Assembly: GCA_021783135.1 (NCBI GenBank)
Contig: JAJXUE010000003.1
Location: 51,085 to 115,084, forward strand
DNA from: Bacillota bacterium
Lineage (GTDB): Bacteria; Bacillota; Desulfitobacteriia; Desulfitobacteriales; JAJXUE01
Direction of reading: 5' to 3'
DNA length: 64,000 nucleotides
Below the pieces are notes generated by a model that saw only the letters and a list, made by a program, of their open reading frames with translations, did not search any database and was not told the DNA's origin. Both the position numbers and the translations under genes were made by a program. Positions 8,472 to 17,387 of this stretch are shown in pieces (positions within the stretch are counted from its first letter, which is position 1; each line of letters begins with the position of its first letter).

Positions 8472-9755
8472 ATGAGCTCAAATATTGTTTACACAAATGC
8501 GCAAGATTGGCAAAGTGAGGTGCTGGGGTCGCACCTGCCGGTGATCGTCGACTTTTATTCTGAAGAGTGTTCACCGTGCGCAGCTTTGGCTCCTATTTTT
8601 GAGAAGCTTGCGGAAAAATACAGTAATCAAATGAAATTCGTCAAGATCCTGCGCCAACAAAACCGCGAACTAGCGCTAAGCCTGAATGTAAAAAGCAGCC
8701 CGACTGTTTTGTTCTTTAATCAAGGACAGGAGGTGGGTGATCGGTTTAACGGGTATATCAGAAAGCCAGATTTGCGGCAAGCGCTAGAGAACGTTTTGAA
8801 CATCACACCGGATGATGTCACCCTGGAGAAGGTCAAAGCTGATGTGCTGATTTTAGGTGGCGGTCCTGCCGGTCTGTCGGCTGCTATTTATGCGGCTAGG
8901 GCTAGACTAAAGACAATTATTGTTGACGAAGGGGTTCCGGGTGGTCAGGCAGCAACCACCTGGGAAATTGCTAACTATCCAGGCACAGCCGGCACCATCA
9001 GCGGTAAGGAACTTATGGATAATATGCTGACCCAAGCCAAGTCTTTCGGCACCCAAGTTGATGATTTAAAAGAAGTAAGCAGGGTTGAGCTAAAGGGCGA
9101 CCTTAAAGTAATCACCACTGAAGATACAGAATATGCCGCTCCGGTATTGATTATAGCCACGGGTTCCGAGTCGCGGCGCTTACCGGTTGATGGTGAAGCA
9201 GATTTTAGAGGAATGGGCATTCACTACTGTGCCACATGTGACGGAGCTAATTATCAAGATGCCAAAGTAATTGTCGTGGGTGGGGGCAATTCGGCAGTAG
9301 AAGAGGCTGTTTTTCTCACTAAATTTGCGTCACATGTTACCATCGTGCATCAGTTTGATAATTTCCAGGCCTCCAAGACAGCACAAGAGCAGGCCTTGCA
9401 TAATCCAAAAATTGATGTGGTCTGGGACAGTGAGCCGCGTGCAATTTTAGGCGATAAGGAATTGACCGGTATTCGCGTGGAGAATATCAAGACGGGCGAA
9501 TTTAAAGATATAGCAGCAAACGGTGTTTTTGTGTACATCGGGATGCAGACGCGTACGAATTTGTTTGAAGGTCAGATAAAAACCAACCAATGGGGCTATG
9601 TAGAAGTGGATGAAGAGCTTAAAACAAATATCCCCGGGGTGTATGCGGCAGGAGATATTCGTTCCAAACAGATTCGCCAAGTTGTTACCGCCGCCAGCGA
9701 TGGCGCCATTGCAGGTATTAACGCCGAAAGATATTTTATGTTGCAGGAGAATTGA
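8472..9755 (+). CDS. Thioredoxin-thioredoxin reductase fusion protein
   Basis: N-terminal Trx domain (VDFYSEECSPC) joined to TrxB domain (GGGPAGLSAA, YCATCDG, GGGNSA, AAGD). Confidence 0.88.
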   Translation: MSSNIVYTNAQDWQSEVLGSHLPVIVDFYSEECSPCAALAPIFEKLAEKYSNQMKFVKILRQQNRELALSLNVKSSPTVLFFNQGQEVGDRFNGYIRKPDLRQALENVLNITPDDVTLEKVKADVLILGGGPAGLSAAIYAARARLKTIIVDEGVPGGQAATTWEIANYPGTAGTISGKELMDNMLTQAKSFGTQVDDLKEVSRVELKGDLKVITTEDTEYAAPVLIIATGSESRRLPVDGEADFRGMGIHYCATCDGANYQDAKVIVVGGGNSAVEEAVFLTKFASHVTIVHQFDNFQASKTAQEQALHNPKIDVVWDSEPRAILGDKELTGIRVENIKTGEFKDIAANGVFVYIGMQTRTNLFEGQIKTNQWGYVEVDEELKTNIPGVYAAGDIRSKQIRQVVTAASDGAIAGINAERYFMLQEN

Positions 9756-9766
9756 GGAGTATTAGC

Positions 9767-10387
9767 ATGTCTGTGTTGAAGATTGTGCAGCGCTACAGCG
9801 CAGAAACAGAAACTGACAATCTAAGCTGCGGTAATAATTTGGCCTTTGCCACCCTGGCAGCGGGCGATATTGTTATCGATTTAGGCTGTGGACGTGGTCG
9901 CGAGACAATCGCGGCGGCGCTGGCTGTTAACGCCGGGTATGCTTATGGTCTGGATATTACGCCACAGATGATCGAGGCTGCCGAAGCAGCCGCAGTTGAG
10001 CAAGGAATTGCAAATGTTAAGTTTAGTGTAGGATCGTTCGAACTTTTGCCTTATCCAGCCGACTTTGCCACGGTAATTATGAGTAATTGCGCAATTAACC
10101 ATGTGCAAGACAAACAGAAGGTTTATAGCGAAATCTATCGTGTTTTACAAAATGGCGGCTACTTTATAGTATCCGATATCATGGCGCAACAAGCTCTGCC
10201 GCCCGAGATCACGTCCGACCCTGAGGCAGTAGCAGCGTGCTTTGGTGGCGCAATTCCAAGCGATATGTATTTTGCCGCAATCAGCAAAGCTGGGTTTGAC
10301 GAAGTTGAGGTGCTGAAAGAGCGTCACTACGTCAAAAATGGCTACGGTCTGATAAGCCGTACTTTACGCGCCTATAAACAAGCATAG
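9767..10387 (+). CDS. ArsM-like SAM-dependent methyltransferase
   Basis: LSCGN, DLGCGRG, SNCAIN and ACFGGA: the three Cys positions typical of arsenite methyltransferases. Confidence 0.75.
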   Translation: MSVLKIVQRYSAETETDNLSCGNNLAFATLAAGDIVIDLGCGRGRETIAAALAVNAGYAYGLDITPQMIEAAEAAAVEQGIANVKFSVGSFELLPYPADFATVIMSNCAINHVQDKQKVYSEIYRVLQNGGYFIVSDIMAQQALPPEITSDPEAVAACFGGAIPSDMYFAAISKAGFDEVEVLKERHYVKNGYGLISRTLRAYKQA

Positions 10388-10402
10388 AGAGGAGGTGAGT
10401 CC

Positions 10403-10522
10403 ATGCGTCCTGTCACAAAAGCTAACTTAGGTCAAACTAAAATATGCTGCACGAGTGTTGCTTTAAAAGTAGCCCAGTGCTGCTCTAAATCGTCCAAAGT
10501 TGTTTCCGGCTGTCACGATTAA
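10403..10522 (+). CDS. Cys-rich RiPP precursor peptide candidate, 39 aa (MRPVTKANLGQTKICCTSVALKVAQCCSKSSKVVSGCHD)
   Basis: Strong RBS GAGGAGGTGA, ATG 10403, TAA 10520-10522; directly upstream of radical SAM/SPASM gene; absent from ORF track. Confidence 0.8.
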   Translation: MRPVTKANLGQTKICCTSVALKVAQCCSKSSKVVSGCHD

Positions 10523-10529
10523 TGGCTTT

Positions 10530-10556
10530 AAAGCGGCGGCCAATGGCTGCCGCTTT
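10530..10556 (+). terminator. GC-rich stem-loop between precursor and maturase
   Basis: AAAGCGGCGGCC-AAT-GGCTGCCGCTTT. Confidence 0.6.
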
Positions 10557-10580
10557 CCGGCAAAATATGGGGTGAGATGG

Positions 10581-11948
10581 TTGTATTACAGTAAATATAA
10601 TTTAGTTCTACCATTACAGGATTCTGTCTATAAGTATGCTGTGCTTAACTCCTTGAGTGGCGCCTTTGATCTAGCAACGGAAAAGGAGGGCGAGCTACTT
10701 TCGGCATATTCCCAGACGCAAGAGGACACAAGTTCTGGGCTAAGCGCTTACCTTAAGGCTCGAGGCTATCTCTTCGAGTCTCAAGCGGAGGAAGATGCTT
10801 TGGTGGAGCGCAAATTTGCGGAGTTTCAGGATGTATTGCAAGAAAGTGCTCCGCAGGTTCTCTTAATTCCGACTTATAATTGTAATCTTGCTTGCGTCTA
10901 TTGCTTCCAAAATGGTATTAAGGATAAAACAGCTTTAATCACGCCGGATGTGGTGGATGCATTTTTTGCGATATTACCTGAAATTTATCCATTCCAAAAG
11001 CCTTTTATCACCCTTTTTGGTGGTGAACCATTGGTCTATTCGCCCAAACAAAGTGAGATAATTGCCTATATAGTGGACAAAGCAGCCGAACTTGATTATG
11101 AAATTGCCGCTGTAACCAACGGCTACGACTTAGTGCAATACTTAGATGTATTAACTAAAGCCAAAGTCAGGGAAATTCAGGTCACAATTGACGGTCCGCA
11201 AAATCTACATGATGCCAGGCGTCACACCAAAAATGGTAAAGGAACCTTTGACCAGATCATGCAAGGCTTGACCGAGGCCATTAGCTTGGGTATCCCCATA
11301 AACTTACGCGCCGTTGTCGATAAAACCAATTTTGCAGGGCTGGTCGACCTGGCAAATGAATTAGAGCAACGCGGGTGGTTGGATTTACCGCCGGAAAAAT
11401 TCAAGACCCAAATTGGTCGTAATTACGAGCTTTTTGAATGCTACGCTACACCAAAGCACCTGCTCGACCAAGTGGAACACTGGGCCAAGGTGGTTGAACT
11501 TAGCGAGCAGTATCCAGTACTGAAGAAGTTTCATCAACCGGAATTTAAAGGTATTAAGCATCTGGTACAAACAGGGGAGCTTTATCTGCCAACGTTTGAC
11601 ACCTGTCCGGCGTGCAAAACAGAGTGGGTTTTTGACCTTTATGGCCAAATTTATGGTTGTACAGCAAATACAGGCCGAGAAGAGTATAGCCTTGGCACTT
11701 TTTATCCGCAACTCCAGTTAAACAGCTCGGAAATAGGGGAATGGCAGAAACGCAACGTCCTAAATATTCCTGAATGCCGCGACTGTGACGTTAGTCTAAT
11801 TTGCGGTGGAGGCTGTGGTGTTGTCGCTAAGGAGAAAAATGGCAGTGTATTATCACCTGATTGCCGCCCCATTAAAGGAATTCTGGAGCAGGGCTTAAAA
11901 TATTTCCAATCCGATATCTTGGCCATGCAGGAAACATCATCGTCATAG
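10581..11948 (+). CDS. Radical SAM/SPASM peptide maturase with N-terminal RRE-like domain
   Basis: TTG start after GGGGTGA; CNLACVYC, FGGEP, SPASM CPAC...YGC...CRDC.....CGGGC...C; N-terminal YSKYN..LNSLSGA..LKARGYL. Confidence 0.9.
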   Translation: MYYSKYNLVLPLQDSVYKYAVLNSLSGAFDLATEKEGELLSAYSQTQEDTSSGLSAYLKARGYLFESQAEEDALVERKFAEFQDVLQESAPQVLLIPTYNCNLACVYCFQNGIKDKTALITPDVVDAFFAILPEIYPFQKPFITLFGGEPLVYSPKQSEIIAYIVDKAAELDYEIAAVTNGYDLVQYLDVLTKAKVREIQVTIDGPQNLHDARRHTKNGKGTFDQIMQGLTEAISLGIPINLRAVVDKTNFAGLVDLANELEQRGWLDLPPEKFKTQIGRNYELFECYATPKHLLDQVEHWAKVVELSEQYPVLKKFHQPEFKGIKHLVQTGELYLPTFDTCPACKTEWVFDLYGQIYGCTANTGREEYSLGTFYPQLQLNSSEIGEWQKRNVLNIPECRDCDVSLICGGGCGVVAKEKNGSVLSPDCRPIKGILEQGLKYFQSDILAMQETSSS

Positions 11949-11961
11949 GGGAGGGAGCAAC

Positions 11962-12171
11962 ATGTCGGCATTCGTTCTCGACAAATTGTGTAAAGGTTGT
12001 CAAAGATGTGTTCGAGCCTGCCCTGAGGGTGCTATCAGCATGGCCTTAAGTTTGGCGGTGGTCGAGGCAAGCAAGTGTACGGAGTGTGAAACCTGTATGG
12101 AAGCCTGTATGCATGGGGCGATAACTCTGGTGCAAGATGTCAAGGAAGACCTTAAGGCAATCCAAGGATAA
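11962..12171 (+). CDS. 2x[4Fe-4S] ferredoxin
   Basis: CKGCQRCVRACP and CTECETCMEAC; RBS GGGAGGGAG. Confidence 0.9.
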   Translation: MSAFVLDKLCKGCQRCVRACPEGAISMALSLAVVEASKCTECETCMEACMHGAITLVQDVKEDLKAIQG

Positions 12172-12198
12172 ACTGTTAATTATAAGGAGGTAGTTAAA

Positions 12199-12393
12199 TT
12201 GAGTGCACAAGCTAGTGAAGAACTCCATAGTCTACAAGAAGAGTTGGAAGACCTAATTGCGGAGCGCCAGTTTCAATTGGGACAGACAGGGGTGCATATT
12301 TCTGCGAAAAAAGTAATTGCCTTACGTGAATATTATGACAAGGAAATCGGCGCTCTGGAACAGAAAATTAAAGCTCTGGAAGGAAACGCTTAG
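12199..12393 (+). CDS. Small coiled-coil hypothetical protein
   Basis: RBS AAGGAGG + TTG; two helices around LGQTGVHI. Confidence 0.7.
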   Translation: MSAQASEELHSLQEELEDLIAERQFQLGQTGVHISAKKVIALREYYDKEIGALEQKIKALEGNA

Positions 12394-12437
12394 CTCTTGG
12401 TCTTATAAGGCGCGCTACGGGTCAAGGCCCATAATAT

Positions 12438-12474
12438 AAGCCGGCATGGATTTATCATCCTGTCGGCCTTTTTT
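12438..12474 (+). terminator. Rho-independent terminator
   Basis: GCCGGCATGGAT...ATCCTGTCGGC followed by T-tract. Confidence 0.7.
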
Positions 12475-12589
12475 ATACTTTCTAATAGTACGTGGAAATG
12501 CGCGAGCAGAGGAAACCGATTCGCGCTTTTCTTGTAGCCTGAGCGTAGAATTTACTCCAAATGGGTAAGACTATACGCGAAGGAGGGTT

Positions 12590-14023
12590 ATGCCATTGAA
12601 GCAACGATTAAGAGTTGAGAAAAGTTTTACAGAAAAAGAGGTTGGACAGGTTATTACCCAACGTAAGCAAGCAGTTAAGTCTGAAATGTCCGCCGGAAGT
12701 TTGATCTGGGTAGGTTTAGGGGGCATCATCGGGGCAGGGTTTTTTCTGGCATCGGGATTGGCAATTAAGCAAGCAGGACCCGGCGTAATCTTTGCCTATC
12801 TATTAGGCGGACTCTTGCTAGCCCAAGTTGCGGGTGCGCTGACAACGCTATCCGTGGATCACCCGGTGCGTGGCTCATTCCGGGTCTATGCTGAAGAGTT
12901 TATTGGGCCATACATGGGATTTGTCGTTGGTTGGGCCTTTTGGATATCTTCTATTCTTGGGATTGGCTCCGAAACTGTAGCTATGGCAATTTTCACGGAA
13001 TTTTGGTTTCCCGGCTTACCGCTTTGGTTGATTTCACTTATTTACTTGGCATTAGTAATTGGTCTCAATGCCTTTGGTGTTAAAAATTTTGGCCGTATTG
13101 AATCCCTCATGTCAATGGTCAAGGTAGGAGCGTTATTTGCCTTTATCTGCATTAGCGTATTAGCTGTTTTTCACTTACTACCCTCCACTGGCAACGTTGG
13201 CTTTAAAACGTTGCTGGGGAATGGCGGGCTGCTGCCTATGGGTATTAGCGGCATGCTGCGATCCATGTTAATCGTAATTTTTGCTTATGCCGGTATTTCT
13301 ATTGTGGCTATGGCTGCTTCAGAAGTTACCCAGCCCCGCATAACGATTCCAGGCGTCACTTTGAAGGTAGTGATTATTCTGCTTGTTATATATACACTTT
13401 CTATGTTCCTAATCACCTCACTCACCCCTTGGCAAGGTATTTCCGCCAAAGAGTCTCCCTTTGTTGCAGCACTGGCGGTTGTAGGGGTTCCCTGGGCCTC
13501 AAGCTTAATGAATGCGATTATTTTAGTGGCCGCCTTTTCTGTAATGACCGGCGCCTTTTTTGCTGCTATGACCATGCTCATTTCTATGGGAGATGACGGC
13601 CAAGCACCACGTATTTTGGGTAAGCCAAGCAAAAACGGGGTATTTTATCCCAGCCTCATAGCCAGTGCACTAGGAGTGCTGTTGACTGTAGTTGTTGCCT
13701 ATTTGTTGCCGTCTAAAGTCTATAACTATTTAACCTCGGCCTCTGCCTATTTTTCGTTTCTTAACTGGCTTGTCATTCTTACCTGTTACCTATTACTGCG
13801 TAAGGCCAAACGCGGACACGAATTTACTTCTCCTTTGAGCTTTGGCAGACCCTGGACAACCTGGCTAACTTTAGCTGTGATATTGGTACTGTTTGATTTT
13901 TCCCTAACTGTTTTGGATCAACGGATGGGCTTTTACTCCTTTGTAGGGTTCGTACTCTTGATCAATCTAGGCTATGCTTACTATCGCACCAAAAACAAAG
14001 GCAGGTCGGGCGACACCAATTAA
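12590..14023 (+). CDS. APC-family amino acid permease
   Basis: GLGGIIGAGFF, AGP, 12 TM pattern, SPFV. Confidence 0.88.
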   Translation: MPLKQRLRVEKSFTEKEVGQVITQRKQAVKSEMSAGSLIWVGLGGIIGAGFFLASGLAIKQAGPGVIFAYLLGGLLLAQVAGALTTLSVDHPVRGSFRVYAEEFIGPYMGFVVGWAFWISSILGIGSETVAMAIFTEFWFPGLPLWLISLIYLALVIGLNAFGVKNFGRIESLMSMVKVGALFAFICISVLAVFHLLPSTGNVGFKTLLGNGGLLPMGISGMLRSMLIVIFAYAGISIVAMAASEVTQPRITIPGVTLKVVIILLVIYTLSMFLITSLTPWQGISAKESPFVAALAVVGVPWASSLMNAIILVAAFSVMTGAFFAAMTMLISMGDDGQAPRILGKPSKNGVFYPSLIASALGVLLTVVVAYLLPSKVYNYLTSASAYFSFLNWLVILTCYLLLRKAKRGHEFTSPLSFGRPWTTWLTLAVILVLFDFSLTVLDQRMGFYSFVGFVLLINLGYAYYRTKNKGRSGDTN

Positions 14024-14129
14024 GTCGGCAAAATGAGGTCGCACGTGGCCGGTTAAGTCTGCTCTTTTTTTAGCACTTTTCGCAAGCTGCTGCGTATAAT
14101 TACTATATAGCTTGGGGGGAGGTGCTAGA

Positions 14130-15101
14130 TTGGAAATAAAAGTCCGCTTTAATCGCCCCAAGACAACAGACCCAGCGCCTGCCTTTAACATGGTCGCAGA
14201 CAGCAAAAATCCGCCCCACAGGGGTTTTTCTGTGTTTAAAGCAACCGAAAATAATTTACAGCTGGCCACCTTGGATCAGACAGATAAAGTTAGGGAAGTA
14301 CTGCTGGAACTTGATGCTTTGATTGGGTTACGCATGGTAAAAAAACTAATCAAGGAAATCCAGGCCTATGTGGAAATCCAAAAACGGCGTTGTAAGGAAA
14401 AATTAGTGGCAGAGCCACTCGTGTTACACATGGTATTCCGGGGGAATCCCGGTACCGGCAAGACTACGGTCGCTAGAATAGTGGGTAAATTATTAAAGGA
14501 GATGGGTTTCTTACAGAAGGGCCACATAACTGAAGTGGAGAGAGCCGATTTGGTGGGAGAATATATAGGACATACTGCACAAAAAACGCGCGAGCAAGCC
14601 AAGCGTGCTTTAGGTGGCGTACTGTTTATAGATGAAGCCTACTCACTGGCCAGGGGTGGTGAAAAGGATTTTGGCAAAGAGGCTATCGATGTCCTGGTCA
14701 AGTGTATGGAGGATCATAAGGATAATCTGATTTTAGTATTGGCCGGTTACAAAGACGAAATGGATTGGTTTTTACAGACTAACCCCGGTCTAAGGTCACG
14801 TTTTCCAATCCATATTGACTTTCCCGATTACTCAATTGAAGAGTTAATGCAAATAGCAGATTTGATGCTGACAAAACGTCAGTATAAGTTAACATTGGAT
14901 GCAAGACTGGAACTTAGAAGACTGCTGACAGATCAAATTATGCACGGTCACCAACATAGCGGCAATGCTAGGTTAGTGCGTAACATGATTGAACGTGCCA
15001 TTCGGCGACAGGCTGTTCGTTTATTTAGGCAAGTCGAATTTTCTCGGGAAGAGCTGCTGACCATTTTGCCAATTGATTTCATCGATTCAGACAACGTATA
15101 A
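14130..15101 (+). CDS. spoVK: Stage V sporulation protein K (CbxX/CfxQ-type AAA ATPase)
   Basis: HMVFRGNPGTGKTT, GGVLFIDEAYSL, NPGLRSRF; upstream of hflX. Confidence 0.85.
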   Translation: MEIKVRFNRPKTTDPAPAFNMVADSKNPPHRGFSVFKATENNLQLATLDQTDKVREVLLELDALIGLRMVKKLIKEIQAYVEIQKRRCKEKLVAEPLVLHMVFRGNPGTGKTTVARIVGKLLKEMGFLQKGHITEVERADLVGEYIGHTAQKTREQAKRALGGVLFIDEAYSLARGGEKDFGKEAIDVLVKCMEDHKDNLILVLAGYKDEMDWFLQTNPGLRSRFPIHIDFPDYSIEELMQIADLMLTKRQYKLTLDARLELRRLLTDQIMHGHQHSGNARLVRNMIERAIRRQAVRLFRQVEFSREELLTILPIDFIDSDNV

Positions 15102-15163
15102 AGAAGCAGGCAAAAAGGCAAAAATACTAATGGAAATATAGATAAACATGGCAAGAGGTAATT

Positions 15164-15493
15164 ATGTATTATTCCATACGTCCCGCCGGATTAAGAAGCA
15201 GATCTCAGCAAATCCAATATTACATGATGTTAGTTGCCGCAAGTTTAAAATTAATTTCTACTTTAGCTTTGCTCTTTATGAGCGTAATTGCAGTTCTTAC
15301 AGCCAATTATGGCGCTTTAGCGTTTTTGTTTATCTTGTTTTTGTTGAGCGGCATAATTTTCAACCTCTTTCGTCTGCGGGCATGGCTCCCGGGTTGGAGG
15401 CAGCGCAAGTGGTTTGCTCGGGCTGTTTATCTTTCTATCTATGTGTTTATTGCCTTAGCGGTTTTATTGGTAGTAAACCCTTTGCCCCAGTAG
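15164..15493 (+). CDS. Hypothetical membrane protein
   Basis: RBS GAGG, three hydrophobic segments. Confidence 0.55.
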   Translation: MYYSIRPAGLRSRSQQIQYYMMLVAASLKLISTLALLFMSVIAVLTANYGALAFLFILFLLSGIIFNLFRLRAWLPGWRQRKWFARAVYLSIYVFIALAVLLVVNPLPQ

Positions 15494-15572
15494 CAAAGTG
15501 AATTCATTACTGCTATAATTAAAATATACTCCAACCCTCCGGTTGGAGTGTTTAAATTTTAGGAGGACTTGC

Positions 15573-17387
15573 TTGAAACGTGAAGTACAAGGAAATTTAA
15601 CCGGTATTAAACAGCATACCTTGCAGGAACTACAAAATTTATATACCTACTCAATCGAAAGAAATGTCTTGCTTTCCAGTGAATTATTGCAAGAGCTTGT
15701 GCATTTATCGTCGCAAATTGCACGTGAAATTGCCATTTATATTAATCGGCGGGGTCAGGTGGTACAAGTCGCTGTGGGTGATAGTTCTACAGTGTCAATG
15801 CCGGAAGTGAAAGGACGCTTAGCTGAAGACAGTTTAAGCGGTATTCGTTGTGTCCACACTCACCCGACAGGAGATGCCCAACTGAGTCTGCTCGATTTAA
15901 CTTCCTTAGTGAATTTGAGACTTGACTGTATGGTAGCCATTGGTATGCATGACACTCAAGTAAATGGCTTGCAAGTTGCTTATTTGCAGCCTGTAAAGGG
16001 TAAATTAGCCCAAAACACGGTAATTTTCGATCTCACCCCGGACGAACTTGAGCACCACCCTGTTAATACGTTAGTTGAAACTCTGGACAAACAGATTGTG
16101 CAAGACGGATTTTTAGTTGCCGCTACTGCGGAAAGAGCAATATTAGTTGGCGTTGACTCCGGTAACAGCGGCTGGAGCGCCCAGGATTCCCTGTTGGAGT
16201 TGGCAGAGCTCGGGGCGAGCGCAGGGGCGACTGTGGTGGCACAAGTTGTGCAAAAAAGGCAAAAACCTGACACCGCAACTTATGTGGGCTTTGGTAAGGC
16301 CAATGATTTGGCATCGCTCGTTCAGGAATTAGATGCTAATTGTATAATTTTTGATGATGAGCTTACACCGGCGCAAAACCGTAATTTAGAACAATTAATC
16401 AACTGCAAAATTTTAGACCGAACTAGTTTAATCCTTGATATTTTTGCCTTACGGGCCAATACGCGTGAGGGCAAGATTCAGGTTGAACTAGCGCAATTGA
16501 AATATGCTTTACCGCGTTTAACGGGCATTGGTACAGCTCTTTCCCGCCTCGGGGGTGGTATAGGTACACGAGGACCTGGAGAGACAAAATTGGAAACGGA
16601 TAGACGACGGATTAGACGACGCATCAGTGAGCTGGAAGATGAGTTGCAAAAAGTAAAGCAGCAGCGCGCGTTGCAACGGGTTACACGGCAAACGGGACAC
16701 GCACCTGTCCTTGCATTGGTAGGGTATACGAATGCAGGCAAGAGCAGTCTACTAAACGCACTTACCGCCGCTTCCGTGCCGGCAGAGAACAAGTTATTTG
16801 CAACCCTCGATCCTGTTACCAGGAAGTTCCTCTTGCCCGGTAAAGGCGAGGTGCTTCTCACCGACACAGTGGGATTCATCCGCAAGCTACCCCATCACTT
16901 AATCGCTGCTTTCCGCGCTACACTGGAAGAGGTAGTGCAGGCGGACTTATTAGTACATGTGGTTGATGCATCTAATCCCGGCTTTAATGAGCAAATTAAA
17001 GCGGTTGATGCCGTTTTGAATGAATTGGGGGCGCTAGGTAAGCTTACGGTCATGGCCTTTAATAAAATAGATAAGCTCGAAGCAGAAGGCTGCGCCCAAG
17101 CTTTGTGGCCTACATATCCTAATGCCGTTGGTATATCTGTGCTTACCGGACAGGGGCTTGGCGACCTTACGACGATGTTAGGTGAGTTGTTACCCAAACC
17201 GGCTTGTGTGTCAGCAATTATCCCCTTTGAACGTGGGGATTTAATATCGCTTATACATCAAGAGGGTGAACTCAAGCATATTCAGTATTGGCCTGACGGA
17301 GTTGAGATAAAAGCACACTTAAGTCCTAGGTTGGCGGCTTTAGTTGAACCCTACGCGATAAATAAGAAATTAGGAGAACAAACGTGA
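15573..17387 (+). CDS. hflX: GTPase HflX (long form with N-terminal extension)
   Basis: [37 protein letters not shown]. Confidence 0.95.
   Translation: MKREVQGNLTGIKQHTLQELQNLYTYSIERNVLLSSELLQELVHLSSQIAREIAIYINRRGQVVQVAVGDSSTVSMPEVKGRLAEDSLSGIRCVHTHPTGDAQLSLLDLTSLVNLRLDCMVAIGMHDTQVNGLQVAYLQPVKGKLAQNTVIFDLTPDELEHHPVNTLVETLDKQIVQDGFLVAATAERAILVGVDSGNSGWSAQDSLLELAELGASAGATVVAQVVQKRQKPDTATYVGFGKANDLASLVQELDANCIIFDDELTPAQNRNLEQLINCKILDRTSLILDIFALRANTREGKIQVELAQLKYALPRLTGIGTALSRLGGGIGTRGPGETKLETDRRRIRRRISELEDELQKVKQQRALQRVTRQTGHAPVLALVGYTNAGKSSLLNALTAASVPAENKLFATLDPVTRKFLLPGKGEVLLTDTVGFIRKLPHHLIAAFRATLEEVVQADLLVHVVDASNPGFNEQIKAVDAVLNELGALGKLTVMAFNKIDKLEAEGCAQALWPTYPNAVGISVLTGQGLGDLTTMLGELLPKPACVSAIIPFERGDLISLIHQEGELKHIQYWPDGVEIKAHLSPRLAALVEPYAINKKLGEQT

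Noticed and set aside
10500-10580. N-terminal extension of the radical SAM ORF
   Set aside because: It overlaps the peptide gene and hairpin; RBS + TTG at 10581 is the better start.
12400-12437. GCTACGGGTCAAGG resembling part of a c-di-GMP-I riboswitch
   Set aside because: The GGCAAA/GAAA P2 and GCAAAG elements are missing, and it lies after a stop codon next to a terminator.
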